A stretch of DNA of 64,000 nt from an uncultured delta proteobacterium (GCA_963716725.1 CAVQUB010000013.1:160001-224000); one strand, 5' to 3'. Positions 1 to 9,655 are shown, numbered from the stretch's first letter. Notes: generated by a model from the sequence alone, not told the origin. Program-made: numbers and translations.

Positions 1-406
1 CCCCCGTGCCACCGCCCGTGCCACCGCTGGGTGCTCCGCCGCCGCTGGGTGCTCCGCCGCCGCTGGGTGCTCCGCCGCCGCTGGGTGCTCCGCCGCCGCT
101 GGGTGCTCCGCCGCCGCTGGGAGCTCCGCCACCGCTGGGAGCTCCGCCACCGCTGGGAGCTCCGCCACCGCTGGGAGCTCCGCCACCGCTGGGAGCTCCG
201 CCACCGCTGGGAGCTCCGCCGCCGCTGGGAGCTCCGCCACCGCTGGGAGCTCCGCCACCGCCTCCGGCTCCAGCGAGCGCGCCGCCGCTACCGCCCCCCC
301 CCGAGCCCGCGCCGCCCCCATCCGACGCGAGCTCGTAGCCGTCGAACGACACCATGCAGCCGCTCGCTCCGAGCGCGACCGTTGCCGCGACGGCTAGCCT
401 CCGCAT
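1..406 (-). CDS. Lipoprotein with (GGGAPS)n Gly-rich linker, 3' end runs off the window
   Basis: Manual minus-strand translation from ATG at 406 gives MRRLAVAATVALGASGC-MVSFDGYELASDGGGAGSGG..., with lipobox-like GASGC and then GGGAPS repeats. It is absent from the ORF track because there is no stop in the window. The plus-strand Pro-rich ORF 6..338 is its antisense shadow. Confidence 0.8.
   Translation of the reverse strand, partial: MRRLAVAATVALGASGCMVSFDGYELASDGGGAGSGGGGSGGALAGAGGGGGAPSGGGAPSGGGAPSGGGAPSGGGAPSGGGAPSGGGAPSGGGAPSGGGAPSGGGAPSGGGAPSGGGAPSGGGAPSGGTGGGTG
21..261. repeat. 18-bp coding tandem repeat (ccgccgctggg[t/a]gctccg, ~13 copies)
   Basis: Directly visible; encodes GGGAPS on the minus strand; no spacers. 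Confidence 0.95.
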
Positions 407-416
407 CCGACCGCCT

Positions 417-707
417 TCACGGTGCCGGAGGCTTGGGCTTGTGCTTCGGATTGTCGGCCCAGGCCTTCGCCTTGCCGATCTCGGCTCGACCCTTCTTCAG
501 GTGGATGATCGCCTTCAGGCGGTGGCCACCGAAGGCCGGAACGACGCCGGGGTTCTCCGCGGCCTCGAGGAGCGCGATGGCCTTGACCACCGCCGCGTCG
601 GCGTCGTCGAGACGCTGATCGGCCGCGAGCGCGATGCTCGCGTACGTAGCTCCAACGAGCGTGAGCGCACCCAGAGTCCAACGACGACGCTTCGATCCAT
701 CTTTCAT
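417..707 (-). CDS. Small secreted helical protein (hypothetical)
   Basis: ATG at 707 preceded by GGAGG; signal peptide ending ASIALA; mature part DQRLDDADAAVVKAIALLEAA...GGHRLKAI. Confidence 0.75.
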   Translation of the reverse strand: MKDGSKRRRWTLGALTLVGATYASIALAADQRLDDADAAVVKAIALLEAAENPGVVPAFGGHRLKAIIHLKKGRAEIGKAKAWADNPKHKPKPPAP

Positions 708-977
708 CTGATTCCTCCCAGTCCAACTGCCTACGCGGCGAGGCATCTTACTCACGGCGTACCCGCGAGCCTTCCTGTATTGACGTATTTTTGTGTGTGT
801 TTGTCAGGTGTCCTACTCTCAGGTACGAGGGCCGCCGACACCAGAAAGGTGCTCCCCTGTGGGCGTGGGACCGAGGGTCAACCACCAACTTTTTCCGAGC
901 TCTGGCATACCGCGGAATGGACCGGCGTAACATCACCCGTAAGGGCGTTCGAACCGACTGCGTTGATCGAACGTCTG

Positions 978-2405
978 ATGCAGACCATGCCCGTCGCTGA
1001 ACACGTCACGGACCGCGCGGAAGCCCGCATCGGCACCCTGTTGCGTGGCAAATGGCGGCTGGAGCGGATCGTGGGAGTGGGAGGCATGGCAACGGTATTT
1101 GCCGCCACCCACCGCAACAAATCACGGGTTGCTATCAAGATCCTCCACCCCGAGCTGGCCATCGACGCCGAGGTGACCGCTCGCTTCTTGCGCGAAGGCT
1201 ACGTCGCCAACGCGGTCGATCATCCGGGGACAGCCAAGGTCATCGACGACGACGTGACCGACGACGGCGCGCCCTTCTTGGTGATGGAGCTGCTCCAAGG
1301 TGAGACTCTCGACGCCCGCCTCGAACGGAAGGGTCGGCTGGACACCGCCGAAGTGCTGGCCGTCGCCAACCAGATCCTGGACGTGCTCGAAGCCGCCCAC
1401 GAGCGCGGCGTCGTGCACCGCGACCTCAAACCCGAGAACCTGTTTCTGACTCGAGAGGGCGAGCTCAAGATCCTCGACTTTGGCATTGCCCGCCTGCGCG
1501 AGCTCACGCCCGACGGCAGCTCGACCCGGGCGGGCTCGCTGCTCGGAACTCCCGCGTTCATGGCGCCGGAGCAGGCCCGCGGCCGCTGGGACGACGTCGA
1601 CGCCCGTACCGACATCTGGGCGGTGGGGGCCACGATGTTCAGCCTGCTCACCGGTCGCCACGTGCACGAGGCGGAGACCGTGCAAGAGCAGCTGATCAAG
1701 AGCGCCACGGTCGCGGCGCCGTCATTGGCCGAGGTCTTGCCGAGCGCCAGCGACTCCGTGGTCGCCCTCGTCGATCGCTCGCTGGCCTTCGATCGGATGA
1801 AGCGCTTCGACAACGCCCGGGACATGCGCTTGGCGCTGCTCGGTGCGGTCGGGCTCTCGGAGAACGATGCCGCGCTGTCGCTGCCCACGCCGTCGTCGCC
1901 CGGCTTGATGGACGCGCTGACCTTGGTTGCGCCCCCCGAGCTGGCCAGCGTCATCACCGGTCAGAGCTTCATACAGGCGCCGGCGTATTCGACCGCGCGC
2001 CCGGTGACCACAGGGGTCTCGACCGCGACCCGCGCCCGCCGGCCGGGGCTGCTGCTGGCGAGCGCCGCGACCGTGGCCATCGTGCTGTTCGGCGGCGGCA
2101 TCGCCTGGTACGCCGGACATCGCATCGCCGCTGCGGAGCCGGTCGGGGCCGCCCCACCCACGCCGGTCCCCACGCAGACCAAGATCGAGCCCGGGCCGGA
2201 TCCCTTGGAAGCGCCGGTCCCTACCGTCACCGTGACGCCCACGCAAGCCGCCCCAGGCCCTTCTGCAGAGCCCAAGCGCGTCGTCAAACCGCCCACCAAG
2301 CCGACCTCGACGCCGGCGCCGGTCACTTCGTCAGCGCCGCCAAGCACGGTGACGCAGGTGCCCTCGAAGCCTCCAACCACCAACCCCTTCGACAAACGAC
2401 TATAG
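978..2405 (+). CDS. Membrane Ser/Thr protein kinase (Hanks type) with Pro/Thr-rich C-terminal tail
   Basis: Motifs GVGGMATV, VAIK, HRDLKPEN, DFGIA, GTPAFMAPEQ, DIWAVG; TM helix LLLASAATVAIVLFGGGIAWY; ends NPFDKRL. Start is ATG 978 or 987; the extension to 354 overlaps a real opposite-strand gene. Confidence 0.93.
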   Translation: MQTMPVAEHVTDRAEARIGTLLRGKWRLERIVGVGGMATVFAATHRNKSRVAIKILHPELAIDAEVTARFLREGYVANAVDHPGTAKVIDDDVTDDGAPFLVMELLQGETLDARLERKGRLDTAEVLAVANQILDVLEAAHERGVVHRDLKPENLFLTREGELKILDFGIARLRELTPDGSSTRAGSLLGTPAFMAPEQARGRWDDVDARTDIWAVGATMFSLLTGRHVHEAETVQEQLIKSATVAAPSLAEVLPSASDSVVALVDRSLAFDRMKRFDNARDMRLALLGAVGLSENDAALSLPTPSSPGLMDALTLVAPPELASVITGQSFIQAPAYSTARPVTTGVSTATRARRPGLLLASAATVAIVLFGGGIAWYAGHRIAAAEPVGAAPPTPVPTQTKIEPGPDPLEAPVPTVTVTPTQAAPGPSAEPKRVVKPPTKPTSTPAPVTSSAPPSTVTQVPSKPPTTNPFDKRL

Positions 2406-3325
2406 TGGGCGACGTGCGAAGGCTGTTGCTCGTGGCGGCGTTGGTCGCAGTTTCATCGGGGGCACTCGCTCAGGGCCGCGACGCGACCACGGCCGAGGTG
2501 CTGTTCGACGAAGGCCGCGAGGCGGTGAGGGCAGGCGACTACCCGCGGGCTTGCGCCAAGTTCCGCGAGAGCAACCGCCTGGACCCCGCACCGGGAACGG
2601 TGCTGAACCTGGCCGACTGCGAAGAGAGACTGGGGCGGGTGGCCACTGCTTGGACGCTGTACCGTGAGGTCACGCAGCGCGTGCCAGCGTCGGACGAACG
2701 CCATGGCATCGCGCTCGCGCGCGCGAAGGCGCTCGCGCCCAAACTGCCGAAGCTGACCGTGGCGCTCGCGCCCGGTTCGCCCGTCGGCACCCGCGTGCTC
2801 CGCGACGGCGTCGAGCTCGGCGCCGCGGCGCTCGAGACCGCTCTGCCCGTCGATCCGGGCGCTCACACCATCGTGGTCGAAGCGCCCGGCCGGCAGAAGA
2901 GTTCTCGACAGGTGTCGCTGAGCGAAGCTCAGAGCGAGCGGGTGGTGGTGAGCGCTGGGCCCAAGGCCCCAGGGGCTCCGGGGGCGGATCGCCCCAAGGC
3001 CAGCAGCTCGAAGCGCACCTGGGGCTGGGTGCTCACCGGCGTCGGGGCCGCGGGCCTGTCGGTCGGCACCGTCACCGGCCTGATGGTGCTCGGCGAGAAG
3101 CGCCGCGTGGACGACAACTGCGATCCCGACAAGCGCTGCAACCAGACCGGCATGGATGCCGTCGACTCCGGCCGCACGCTCGGCACCGTGTCCGGCGCGA
3201 GCTTAATCGTCGGTGGCCTGGCGCTGGCCGGCGGAGTGTTCCTGCTCGTGAGCGGCTCGGAAAAACAGCCCGAGACCGCGCTGCATGTCGGGCCGGGCTG
3301 GGTCGGCGCCGTACGGCACTTCTGA
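2405..3325 (+). CDS. Secreted TPR + PEGA-like protein with C-terminal hydrophobic Gly-rich segments
   Basis: Signal peptide; TPR-like AEVLFDEGR...ACAKFRESNRLDPAPGTVLNLADCEE; beta-rich LPVDPGAHTIVV; two hydrophobic segments; C-terminal Phe; abuts the kinase stop. Confidence 0.85.
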   Translation: MGDVRRLLLVAALVAVSSGALAQGRDATTAEVLFDEGREAVRAGDYPRACAKFRESNRLDPAPGTVLNLADCEERLGRVATAWTLYREVTQRVPASDERHGIALARAKALAPKLPKLTVALAPGSPVGTRVLRDGVELGAAALETALPVDPGAHTIVVEAPGRQKSSRQVSLSEAQSERVVVSAGPKAPGAPGADRPKASSSKRTWGWVLTGVGAAGLSVGTVTGLMVLGEKRRVDDNCDPDKRCNQTGMDAVDSGRTLGTVSGASLIVGGLALAGGVFLLVSGSEKQPETALHVGPGWVGAVRHF

Positions 3326-3412
3326 CTTGGGTACGCTCGATCTGACGGTGGCGCCGGCCAAGCTCGCACTGCGCGGGTCCTCCAACCTGATAGGCTACCG
3401 ACCAAGGAGCCC

Positions 3413-3748
3413 ATGACCTTCGAAGAACGACAAGATTGCCTGAAAGCCGGCCGCAACGACCCGTGCCCTTGTGGCTCGGGCAAGAAGTACAAGAAGTGTC
3501 ATCAGTCCGAGGACGAGCAAGCCGTGCACGTCGAGCTCAAGCGACGCGAGCAAGCGGCCAAGGACGCCGCCGCCGCTGCCCTCGCGGCAGGCGAAGACGA
3601 AGACGGACCCAACGCCGGCGGCAAAGACGGTGGCGCAGGCGGCCGTGCCCAGCCCGGGGATCGCGGCCGGCTCCAGTCGGGGTCGGGTTCGAGGGATCGC
3701 TCCCTGAACACGACTGCCAAGAACATGCCGCGCCGCAAGGCGGTTTGA
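3413..3748 (+). CDS. SEC-C motif (Zn-binding) protein
   Basis: [27 protein letters not shown] upstream. Confidence 0.9.
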   Translation: MTFEERQDCLKAGRNDPCPCGSGKKYKKCHQSEDEQAVHVELKRREQAAKDAAAAALAAGEDEDGPNAGGKDGGAGGRAQPGDRGRLQSGSGSRDRSLNTTAKNMPRRKAV

Positions 3749-3945
3749 CCGGGAGCGCCGGCCATCGATCCGGCTCGTGGTCGGATGTCTGGACGGCGAT
3801 CCGCAAACACATCGCTTCGCCGGAGGCCCGGCGGACGATGGAGTTCGAACTGAGCTCTGCGAGCCGCACGACAGTCGGCGACCCCTACGCGGCGGAGCTC
3901 CGCTGCCAGTGGTGAACAACCTCGACAGCCGGTCGCCGGGGCGGC

Positions 3946-4140
3946 TCACGCCGGGATGTTCAGGGTCGCACAACCGTCGTTCTTGGAGTCGTCGTCCGTG
4001 ACCACGACCACGTACTTCTTCACGCCGGGGCGCAGCATGAACTTGTAAGCTGGGAAGAGCTTCACCAGTTGCGCGGCGGCATCCACGCTCTCGATGGCGG
4101 CGAGCGGGTGGTGCCAGAAGTGCGGTAGCGCTTGTGCTCG
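3946..4140 (-). pseudogene. Fragment of a myxobacterial vWA-like domain protein
   Basis: PHFWHHPLAAIESVDAAAQLVKLFPAYKFMLRPGVKKYVVVVTDDDS resembles the LRP...VVVTDD segment of vWA-like lipoproteins; no plausible N- or C-terminus. Confidence 0.45.
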
Positions 4141-4249
4141 CACGAGATCGACACGGACCACCGAGAGGCTTGCGCCCGCGAGCCCGCCCGCCGCCCGCCA
4201 CCCCTTGGCCCGCAGCGTCATTGGTCGTGTTTTTGGCTATGCTGTTCGG

Positions 4250-4606
4250 ATGCGAGTCGCGCCACGCTGGGGTGCCGCGGGTATTTTCGTGCAGGCGGCC
4301 GCCTGCGAAGAGAGCGCCACGGACGCCGCGGGGTCGTCGGCCGGTGGCAGCGGCGCCCAGGTCGGATCCACCGGTGGCGCTTTCGGCCTGGGCGGGGGAG
4401 CAGGTGCGTCCAGCGACGAGAGCAGCGATTCGGACAACGGCGGCAGCGCCTATCCCTCCGGCCCTCACGGCACGCAGGTGGGCGACGTGCTCGCGAACAT
4501 GAACCTGCTCGGCTACCTGCGCGACGCGACCACAGGGCTCGCCAGCGAAGCCGGGCTCGCTCCGCTGAGCTTCGCTTCCGCAGGCGTATGCTGGCGGGCC
4601 TCATGA
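4250..4606 (+). CDS. Short or truncated lipoprotein-like protein (Gly linker + YPxGPxG motif)
   Basis: ATG 4250 preceded by TATGCT; AAAC, Gly/Ser linker, then YPSGPHGTQVGDVLANMNLLGY, which resembles the start of redoxin-like lipoproteins. It ends before any catalytic motif, and the stop overlaps the next ATG (ATGA). Confidence 0.55.
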   Translation: MRVAPRWGAAGIFVQAAACEESATDAAGSSAGGSGAQVGSTGGAFGLGGGAGASSDESSDSDNGGSAYPSGPHGTQVGDVLANMNLLGYLRDATTGLASEAGLAPLSFASAGVCWRAS

Positions 4607-6690
4607 GCCCCGTCGCCGCAGTCGAGATCCTCAGCTCGCTCCTGGCGGTCTGGGTGCTGATGGCGCTCAACCGCCGTGACCCCGACTCCGCGCTTCGATA
4701 CTGGGCCGTCTCGTTCGCGCTCCAAGCCGTCACGACGGCAACCGTCGCCCACAAGCTCGTGGGCCCCGAGCTCCCCGCGCTCACAACGCTCGGTGGCGTT
4801 GCCGCCGGCATCGGCGCGATGTTCTTGGTCTGGGGTACGCTGAAGTACTTGCAGCGCCCGCCGTCGCGCGCCTGGCTCGTCGCTCCGCCTGCGCTCTTGG
4901 TCGTTTCCGTCGTCGCCGTCGCGCTCGAGCTCCCCTTCACGGTCAGAGCTGCGCCGGTCGTGCTGGCCCTGGGCGGCAGCCTGGTTTTCGTGGGCGTCGC
5001 CGTGTTGCGGGACTGGTCGCGTGCGGTCGGCGCACGAGTCGCCGGCCTAGGCCTGACGCTCTACGGGCTCCACAGTTTCGACTACGTCGTCGTCGCCCAG
5101 ATGCCCAGATTGCTCCCCTGGGGGCACGCGCTCGCCGCATTCCTCCAGGTGATGATCTGCGTTGGCTTCGTCCTTCTGTATTTCGAGCGCGCCCGCGCCC
5201 GGCTCGCGCAGCAAGAAGCTCACTACCGCGCGTTGTTCGAAAACGCGGTCGTCGGGATCTTCGTTGCCCGCGCGGACGGCACCCTGGTGGCCGCAAACCG
5301 CTCCCTCGAGGGCCTGATCGCGGGCAGTGGGTCCCTCGACGGTCGCGACCTTCGCGCGTTCTTCGAACAGGCCTCGGACTTCGATCCGCTCTTCGAGGGC
5401 AGCGGCGCGAGCACGACCCTCCGCTGGAAGGCCGATGACGGTCGGCTCCTCGATGTCCAGGTGCACACCCGGCGGGTCGAGCAGCCCGAGGGAGCGGTGA
5501 TCGAGGGCGTGGTCGTCGACCTGACGCGCATGGCGCACCTCGAACGCCACTTGGACCAGGTCCAACGCGCGGCGGTCCTAGGCCAGCTGGCGGGAGGCAT
5601 CGCGCACGACATCAACAACGTGCTCACCGTGGTGCTTGCCAATGCGGAGATGCTCAGCAGGACGACCCAGCCTCGACCCGAAACGAGCCGGCTGGTGGAC
5701 GGCATCCGGCAAGCAACCCGGCAGGGAGCCGGGTTGACGCGACAGCTCCTGACCTTCACCCGGCGGCACCCCGCAGTGATGGAGTCCTTCGAACTCGGAC
5801 CACGAGTCGGCGATGCCGTCCGGATGCTGGAGCCCTCGCTGGGGGAGCAGATCGTCGTCGAACTGGATTTGCCAACCACCGGCTGCGGCATCCACGCCGA
5901 TCCTCGGCTCGTCGAGCAGCTCGTCGTCAACTTGGTGATCAACGCCCGCGATGCGATGACGAGTGGCGGCCGCTTGACGGTGCGAGTGGGGGCGACGGAT
6001 GCGTCCCACTCCGTGCCGGCCGCGGAGCGGGTCGTCCTCGAAGTGACGGACACCGGCATGGGGATGACTCCGGAGACGGCCAAGCGTGTCTTCGAGCCCT
6101 TCTTCTCGACGAAGGAACAGGGCACCGGTCTCGGGTTGGCAGTCGTTCAGCGGGTGGTCGAGCAGTCCTCGGGCACGATCAGCCTCGACAGCGAGGAGGC
6201 AAGAGGCACGACCTTTCGGGTGTCTTTCCCCAAGGTACAGGTCGATGCCGGCGCCAAGGCCCTTCGCGCGGAGCGGGGCTCGGGCGCCGGGGTCGCCGCT
6301 CGGGTCCTCGTGGTCGAGGACCGCGAGGACGTGCGCGATGTGATTCGCGAAACGATGCGGGAGGCTGGCTTCAATGTCATCGCGCCGGAGACGCCCGGTG
6401 AAGCCATCGCGCAATTGAACGATGGCTTGGTCGTGGATCTGCTGATCACCGACGTGCGCATGCCGGACTTCTCGGGTCCGCAGGTCGCGGACGCCTTGCA
6501 TGCGCGCTCAGCTGAGGTTCCGGTGATTTTCGTATCCGGGTACTCCGATGAGGAGGGCCTCTTGACCTCCCGCGACCCGAACCTCGTCCGCTTCATTCCC
6601 AAACCCTTCACACCCGACGCCCTGGTCGGTAGCGCCCGCGAGCTGCTCGCGCTCGCGTGCAGTTCAGCCAGGAGTGCGAGGCGGGGCTAG
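4603..6690 (+). CDS. Hybrid sensor histidine kinase (7TM-PAS-HisKA-HATPase-REC)
   Basis: About seven TM segments; PAS YRALFENAVVGIF; H-box GIAHDINNVL; N-box NLVINARDAM; DTGMGM; FFSTKEQGTGLGL; REC VLVVED...DLLITDVRMP...FIPKPF. Confidence 0.93.
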   Translation: MSPVAAVEILSSLLAVWVLMALNRRDPDSALRYWAVSFALQAVTTATVAHKLVGPELPALTTLGGVAAGIGAMFLVWGTLKYLQRPPSRAWLVAPPALLVVSVVAVALELPFTVRAAPVVLALGGSLVFVGVAVLRDWSRAVGARVAGLGLTLYGLHSFDYVVVAQMPRLLPWGHALAAFLQVMICVGFVLLYFERARARLAQQEAHYRALFENAVVGIFVARADGTLVAANRSLEGLIAGSGSLDGRDLRAFFEQASDFDPLFEGSGASTTLRWKADDGRLLDVQVHTRRVEQPEGAVIEGVVVDLTRMAHLERHLDQVQRAAVLGQLAGGIAHDINNVLTVVLANAEMLSRTTQPRPETSRLVDGIRQATRQGAGLTRQLLTFTRRHPAVMESFELGPRVGDAVRMLEPSLGEQIVVELDLPTTGCGIHADPRLVEQLVVNLVINARDAMTSGGRLTVRVGATDASHSVPAAERVVLEVTDTGMGMTPETAKRVFEPFFSTKEQGTGLGLAVVQRVVEQSSGTISLDSEEARGTTFRVSFPKVQVDAGAKALRAERGSGAGVAARVLVVEDREDVRDVIRETMREAGFNVIAPETPGEAIAQLNDGLVVDLLITDVRMPDFSGPQVADALHARSAEVPVIFVSGYSDEEGLLTSRDPNLVRFIPKPFTPDALVGSARELLALACSSARSARRG

Positions 6691-6697
6691 CGCGGCG

Positions 6698-7351
6698 CTA
6701 GCCCTGTTCGATCGCGATACGATCGAGCTCGGCGCGGCTCAGATGCTGCTGCGCGAGGCCGAAGATGATGTTCTCTTCGCGGAAAATGTGCAGCCGCAAA
6801 TGCTCGACCAGGACGCGGCACTGACGGACTCCCCACGCCAGCGCGACCTTCCCGGAATCCGGATCGGGCAAACGCTTGAAGAGGCCGATGAACGCGCACG
6901 CCGCCGCGGTGTGCTGAATGTCCTTGACGTGGTCGTCCTCGAGCACGTCGACCCCGGTGCGCTTGTCCGCCGAGCCAGCGTGCTCCCCGGACGCGATCAG
7001 GCGCTCCCTCAACAGCGGGAAGAGCTTGCGCTCCTCCCGGCGATGGTGCGGCGTGATCTCGGCGTCCATGAACGCGAAAAACTTCGTGAGGACCGCCCCG
7101 GCTTCCGGACTCATTCCGGTCTTCTCGATCTCCGCGAGCGCGGTCTCGAGCATGCCCAGCTGCTCCCCGATGTTGCGGTGGTCGTCGACGAGCCGCTTCA
7201 GAAATGGGTGGAGAGCGTCGTAGTCGAGCGCGACCGTCGCGGGCGGCGCGTAGGCGTCCGGTGGCTCCATGGGTGAGAGCTCGTCGCCGCCGGCGTCCTT
7301 GTCCACGTTGCGGTGCAAGGGATCCGTCTCGGCGAGCTTGCGCATGTCCAT
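6698..7351 (-). CDS. Hemerythrin-like (HHE cation-binding) domain protein
   Basis: Duplicated HHE motifs: LVDDH...HHRREERKLFP and LEDDH...LHIFREENIIF. Start is ATG 7351 or 7345. Confidence 0.85.
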   Translation of the reverse strand: MDMRKLAETDPLHRNVDKDAGGDELSPMEPPDAYAPPATVALDYDALHPFLKRLVDDHRNIGEQLGMLETALAEIEKTGMSPEAGAVLTKFFAFMDAEITPHHRREERKLFPLLRERLIASGEHAGSADKRTGVDVLEDDHVKDIQHTAAACAFIGLFKRLPDPDSGKVALAWGVRQCRVLVEHLRLHIFREENIIFGLAQQHLSRAELDRIAIEQG

Positions 7352-7509
7352 GATGCCGGGTGCATACCACCGCGAGGGCGACGACACCCGAGAAAGTCCA
7401 GACCCACGCATGGACAACGCTTGGACGCGCGCGCTCAGAAATCACGCAACCCAGTCCGACACGGTGCCGAGTGGACCGCTGCTCAGATCGAGCAGAAGGA
7501 CTCCAATAC

Positions 7510-8910
7510 ATGTCACCAAGGACCATCAGCCACCCATCATTTCTAATCGCCGCGGCTCTGAGCTTTGCGCTGGCCTGCACCGGCGGCGACGACTTCGAGC
7601 CCAGCGATGAAAGCAACACCGGGGGGGCATCGGCGGCTGGCGGCAGCGGCGGAACCCAAGCATCCGGCGGCTCTGGCGGCGGTTCCAGCGGGGGCGCTGG
7701 CGGCTCGTCGGGATCCACGGGGAGCGGCGGCGTAGGCGCCTCCGGTGGCAGCGGTGGCAGCGGTGGCAGCGGTGGCAGCGGTGGAAACCCGAGCGGCAAC
7801 CCCGACGGCACCGGCTGCGTGGTGAATAGCGAGTGCAGCAGCGGGATTTGCGCCGACGGCGTCTGTTGCCAGACCGCCTGCGACGGCGAGTGCTCCAGCT
7901 GCAACCTGCCGGGCCAAGCCGGCACCTGTTCGCCGCACGCGGCCGACACCAACCCCGAGGGCGGCTGCCTCGGCGGCGCCACGGCCTCCGGCGCGTGCAC
8001 GGGCACCTGCGACGGCAAGGGCGCGTGCAAGTTGCCCGGCGCCGAGAAGCTCTGTGGCGCGACGGCCTGCTCGAGCGGCAATCAAACCGGAAGCTCCTGC
8101 GACGGCAAGGGGATCTGCGCGACCCAGCAGGTGCCTTGCTCGCCCTATGTGTGCGGCGCTAGCGCCTGCAAGGCGGCGTGCAGCGCGGATGCGGACTGCG
8201 TGGCTGGGCACTTTTGCAAGACCGGCGCCTGCACGGCGAAACAGGAGCTCGGGGTCGCGTGCTCCGCGGGCAATCAGTGCAAGAGCAACAACTGCGTCGA
8301 TGGCTCGTGCTGCTCCAGTGCGAACTGCGGCGCCAGCTTCTCGTGCAGCACCGGGACGTGCAAGTGCAACGGACAGACCTGCGCCACCGGCGACGCCTGC
8401 ATTGCCTGGTACGAGGACGCCGACGCGGATGGCTTTGGTGACAAGACGAAGACCGTGAGCGGCTGCTCGAGCAAAGCGCCGGTCGCCGCCGGCAAGACCT
8501 ACGTCAAAGACGCCACCGACTGCTTCGACTCGAACAAGAACGCCCACCCCGGTCAGACCGCGTTCTTCACCGCGCCGCTGAGCAACGGCAGCTACGACTA
8601 CGACTGCAACGGCAGCGACGACCAGAAATTCAAGGACATCGGGACCGGCAAGTGCGTGGACTGCAGCGCACCCAACGAGAGCTTTTGCGGCATTCCTGAG
8701 GTCAAGTGCGGCTTTGCGCTCATGGGCGGAGGGACCCTCGAGAGCATGGGCTTCGACTGCAACCTCCCGAACTACTGCGGGGGCCCCAAGACCACCGAGG
8801 GCTTCGTGACCAACGTGCCCTGCGGCGGCTCCGCCGACCTCAAGCGCTGCTTCGCTTGTGCCCAGAGCACCCCGGCCAGCCAGGGCTCGACCCAGCAACA
8901 GTGCCGCTGA
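7510..8910 (+). CDS. Cys-rich lipoprotein with Gly linker and Asp-rich putative metal-binding motif
   Basis: Lipobox ALAC; Gly/Ser linker; CxSGxCxDGVCC repeats; WYEDADADGFGD...DCFDSNKNAHPGQ...DYDCNGSDD; GAAGGA upstream. Confidence 0.88.
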   Translation: MSPRTISHPSFLIAAALSFALACTGGDDFEPSDESNTGGASAAGGSGGTQASGGSGGGSSGGAGGSSGSTGSGGVGASGGSGGSGGSGGSGGNPSGNPDGTGCVVNSECSSGICADGVCCQTACDGECSSCNLPGQAGTCSPHAADTNPEGGCLGGATASGACTGTCDGKGACKLPGAEKLCGATACSSGNQTGSSCDGKGICATQQVPCSPYVCGASACKAACSADADCVAGHFCKTGACTAKQELGVACSAGNQCKSNNCVDGSCCSSANCGASFSCSTGTCKCNGQTCATGDACIAWYEDADADGFGDKTKTVSGCSSKAPVAAGKTYVKDATDCFDSNKNAHPGQTAFFTAPLSNGSYDYDCNGSDDQKFKDIGTGKCVDCSAPNESFCGIPEVKCGFALMGGGTLESMGFDCNLPNYCGGPKTTEGFVTNVPCGGSADLKRCFACAQSTPASQGSTQQQCR

Positions 8911-9009
8911 TCCCAAACGACCCTGAACGCGCCGTATCCCGCTCGAGGGACGGCGCGTTCGCCTTTTGTGTTGCCGCGCGGCGGCGGCGCCAGCAGCGTC
9001 GACCGCGAC

Positions 9010-9622
9010 GTGAGACCGCTCTGGCCACTCTGTGCGCTCGCCCTGGCCTGCGCGCCCCTGCCCTCGCCGCGGCAGCCGCGCCCGGGTGAGATCGAGCACA
9101 TCGTGGCCGTGCAACCCGACCCGGGGCAGCGCGCCGGCATCTTGCTGCTGGCAGTTCCACGGCGAGCTCCTGCGCACCGGTGATCTCTTCGCGGTGCTCG
9201 ACGAGAACGGATACCGAGGGCTCGTGCGCACCCGCCGCCACGCGAGCATGGACTGCGACCACTGCCCGGGACCCCTCGTCGAGGCCGAGCTCGAATCCGG
9301 TCAGGGGCCCAAATCGGTCGGCACCATCGCGGTCGGCCCGGTCGAGGGCGCGCTGCCGAAGGCGCGCATCGAGCGGGTCGCGCGCGGAGCGGCGCCCAGC
9401 GCGACCTGGCGGCCAACGCTGCAGGTCGATCTCGACGGCGACGGGAAGTGGGACTGGGTCGAGGTGGAACGTTGCGGACACGCGGTTCCGACAAGCTGCG
9501 CTGGCTCCAGCGAGGTCTGCGACATGTTCTGCACGGCCGTCGCCCGCGCTGGCAAGGAGCCCGACCCTGCGCTGATGCGCTGTCGCTCCGTCGTTCCCGA
9601 TCTCGAAGACTGCGCTCCTTGA
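9010..9622 (+). CDS. Putative lipoprotein, split by an apparent frameshift near 9160
   Basis: One frame gives VRPLWPLCALALAC-APLP...GILLLAVP. The other frame continues GELLRTGDLFAVLDENGYRG...DCDHC...VDLDGDGKWD...CAP*. Confidence 0.6.
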
Positions 9623-9655
9623 CGTCGGGAGACATCGAAGACAAGTTGCTCCGCG

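Noticed and set aside
21..261. Possible CRISPR array or non-coding repeat
   Set aside because: Contiguous 18-bp units with no spacers; in-frame GGGAPS linker of a minus-strand lipoprotein; no cas genes in the window.
354..977. N-terminal extension of the first kinase in the ORF track
   Set aside because: Overlaps two credible minus-strand genes and an AT-richer intergenic region; kinase-like sequence starts near 978.
4604..4606. Second selenocysteine read-through at the end of the redoxin-like fragment
   Set aside because: The TGA is not in a redox motif, overlaps the kinase ATG, and the downstream frame hits another stop within ~18 codons.
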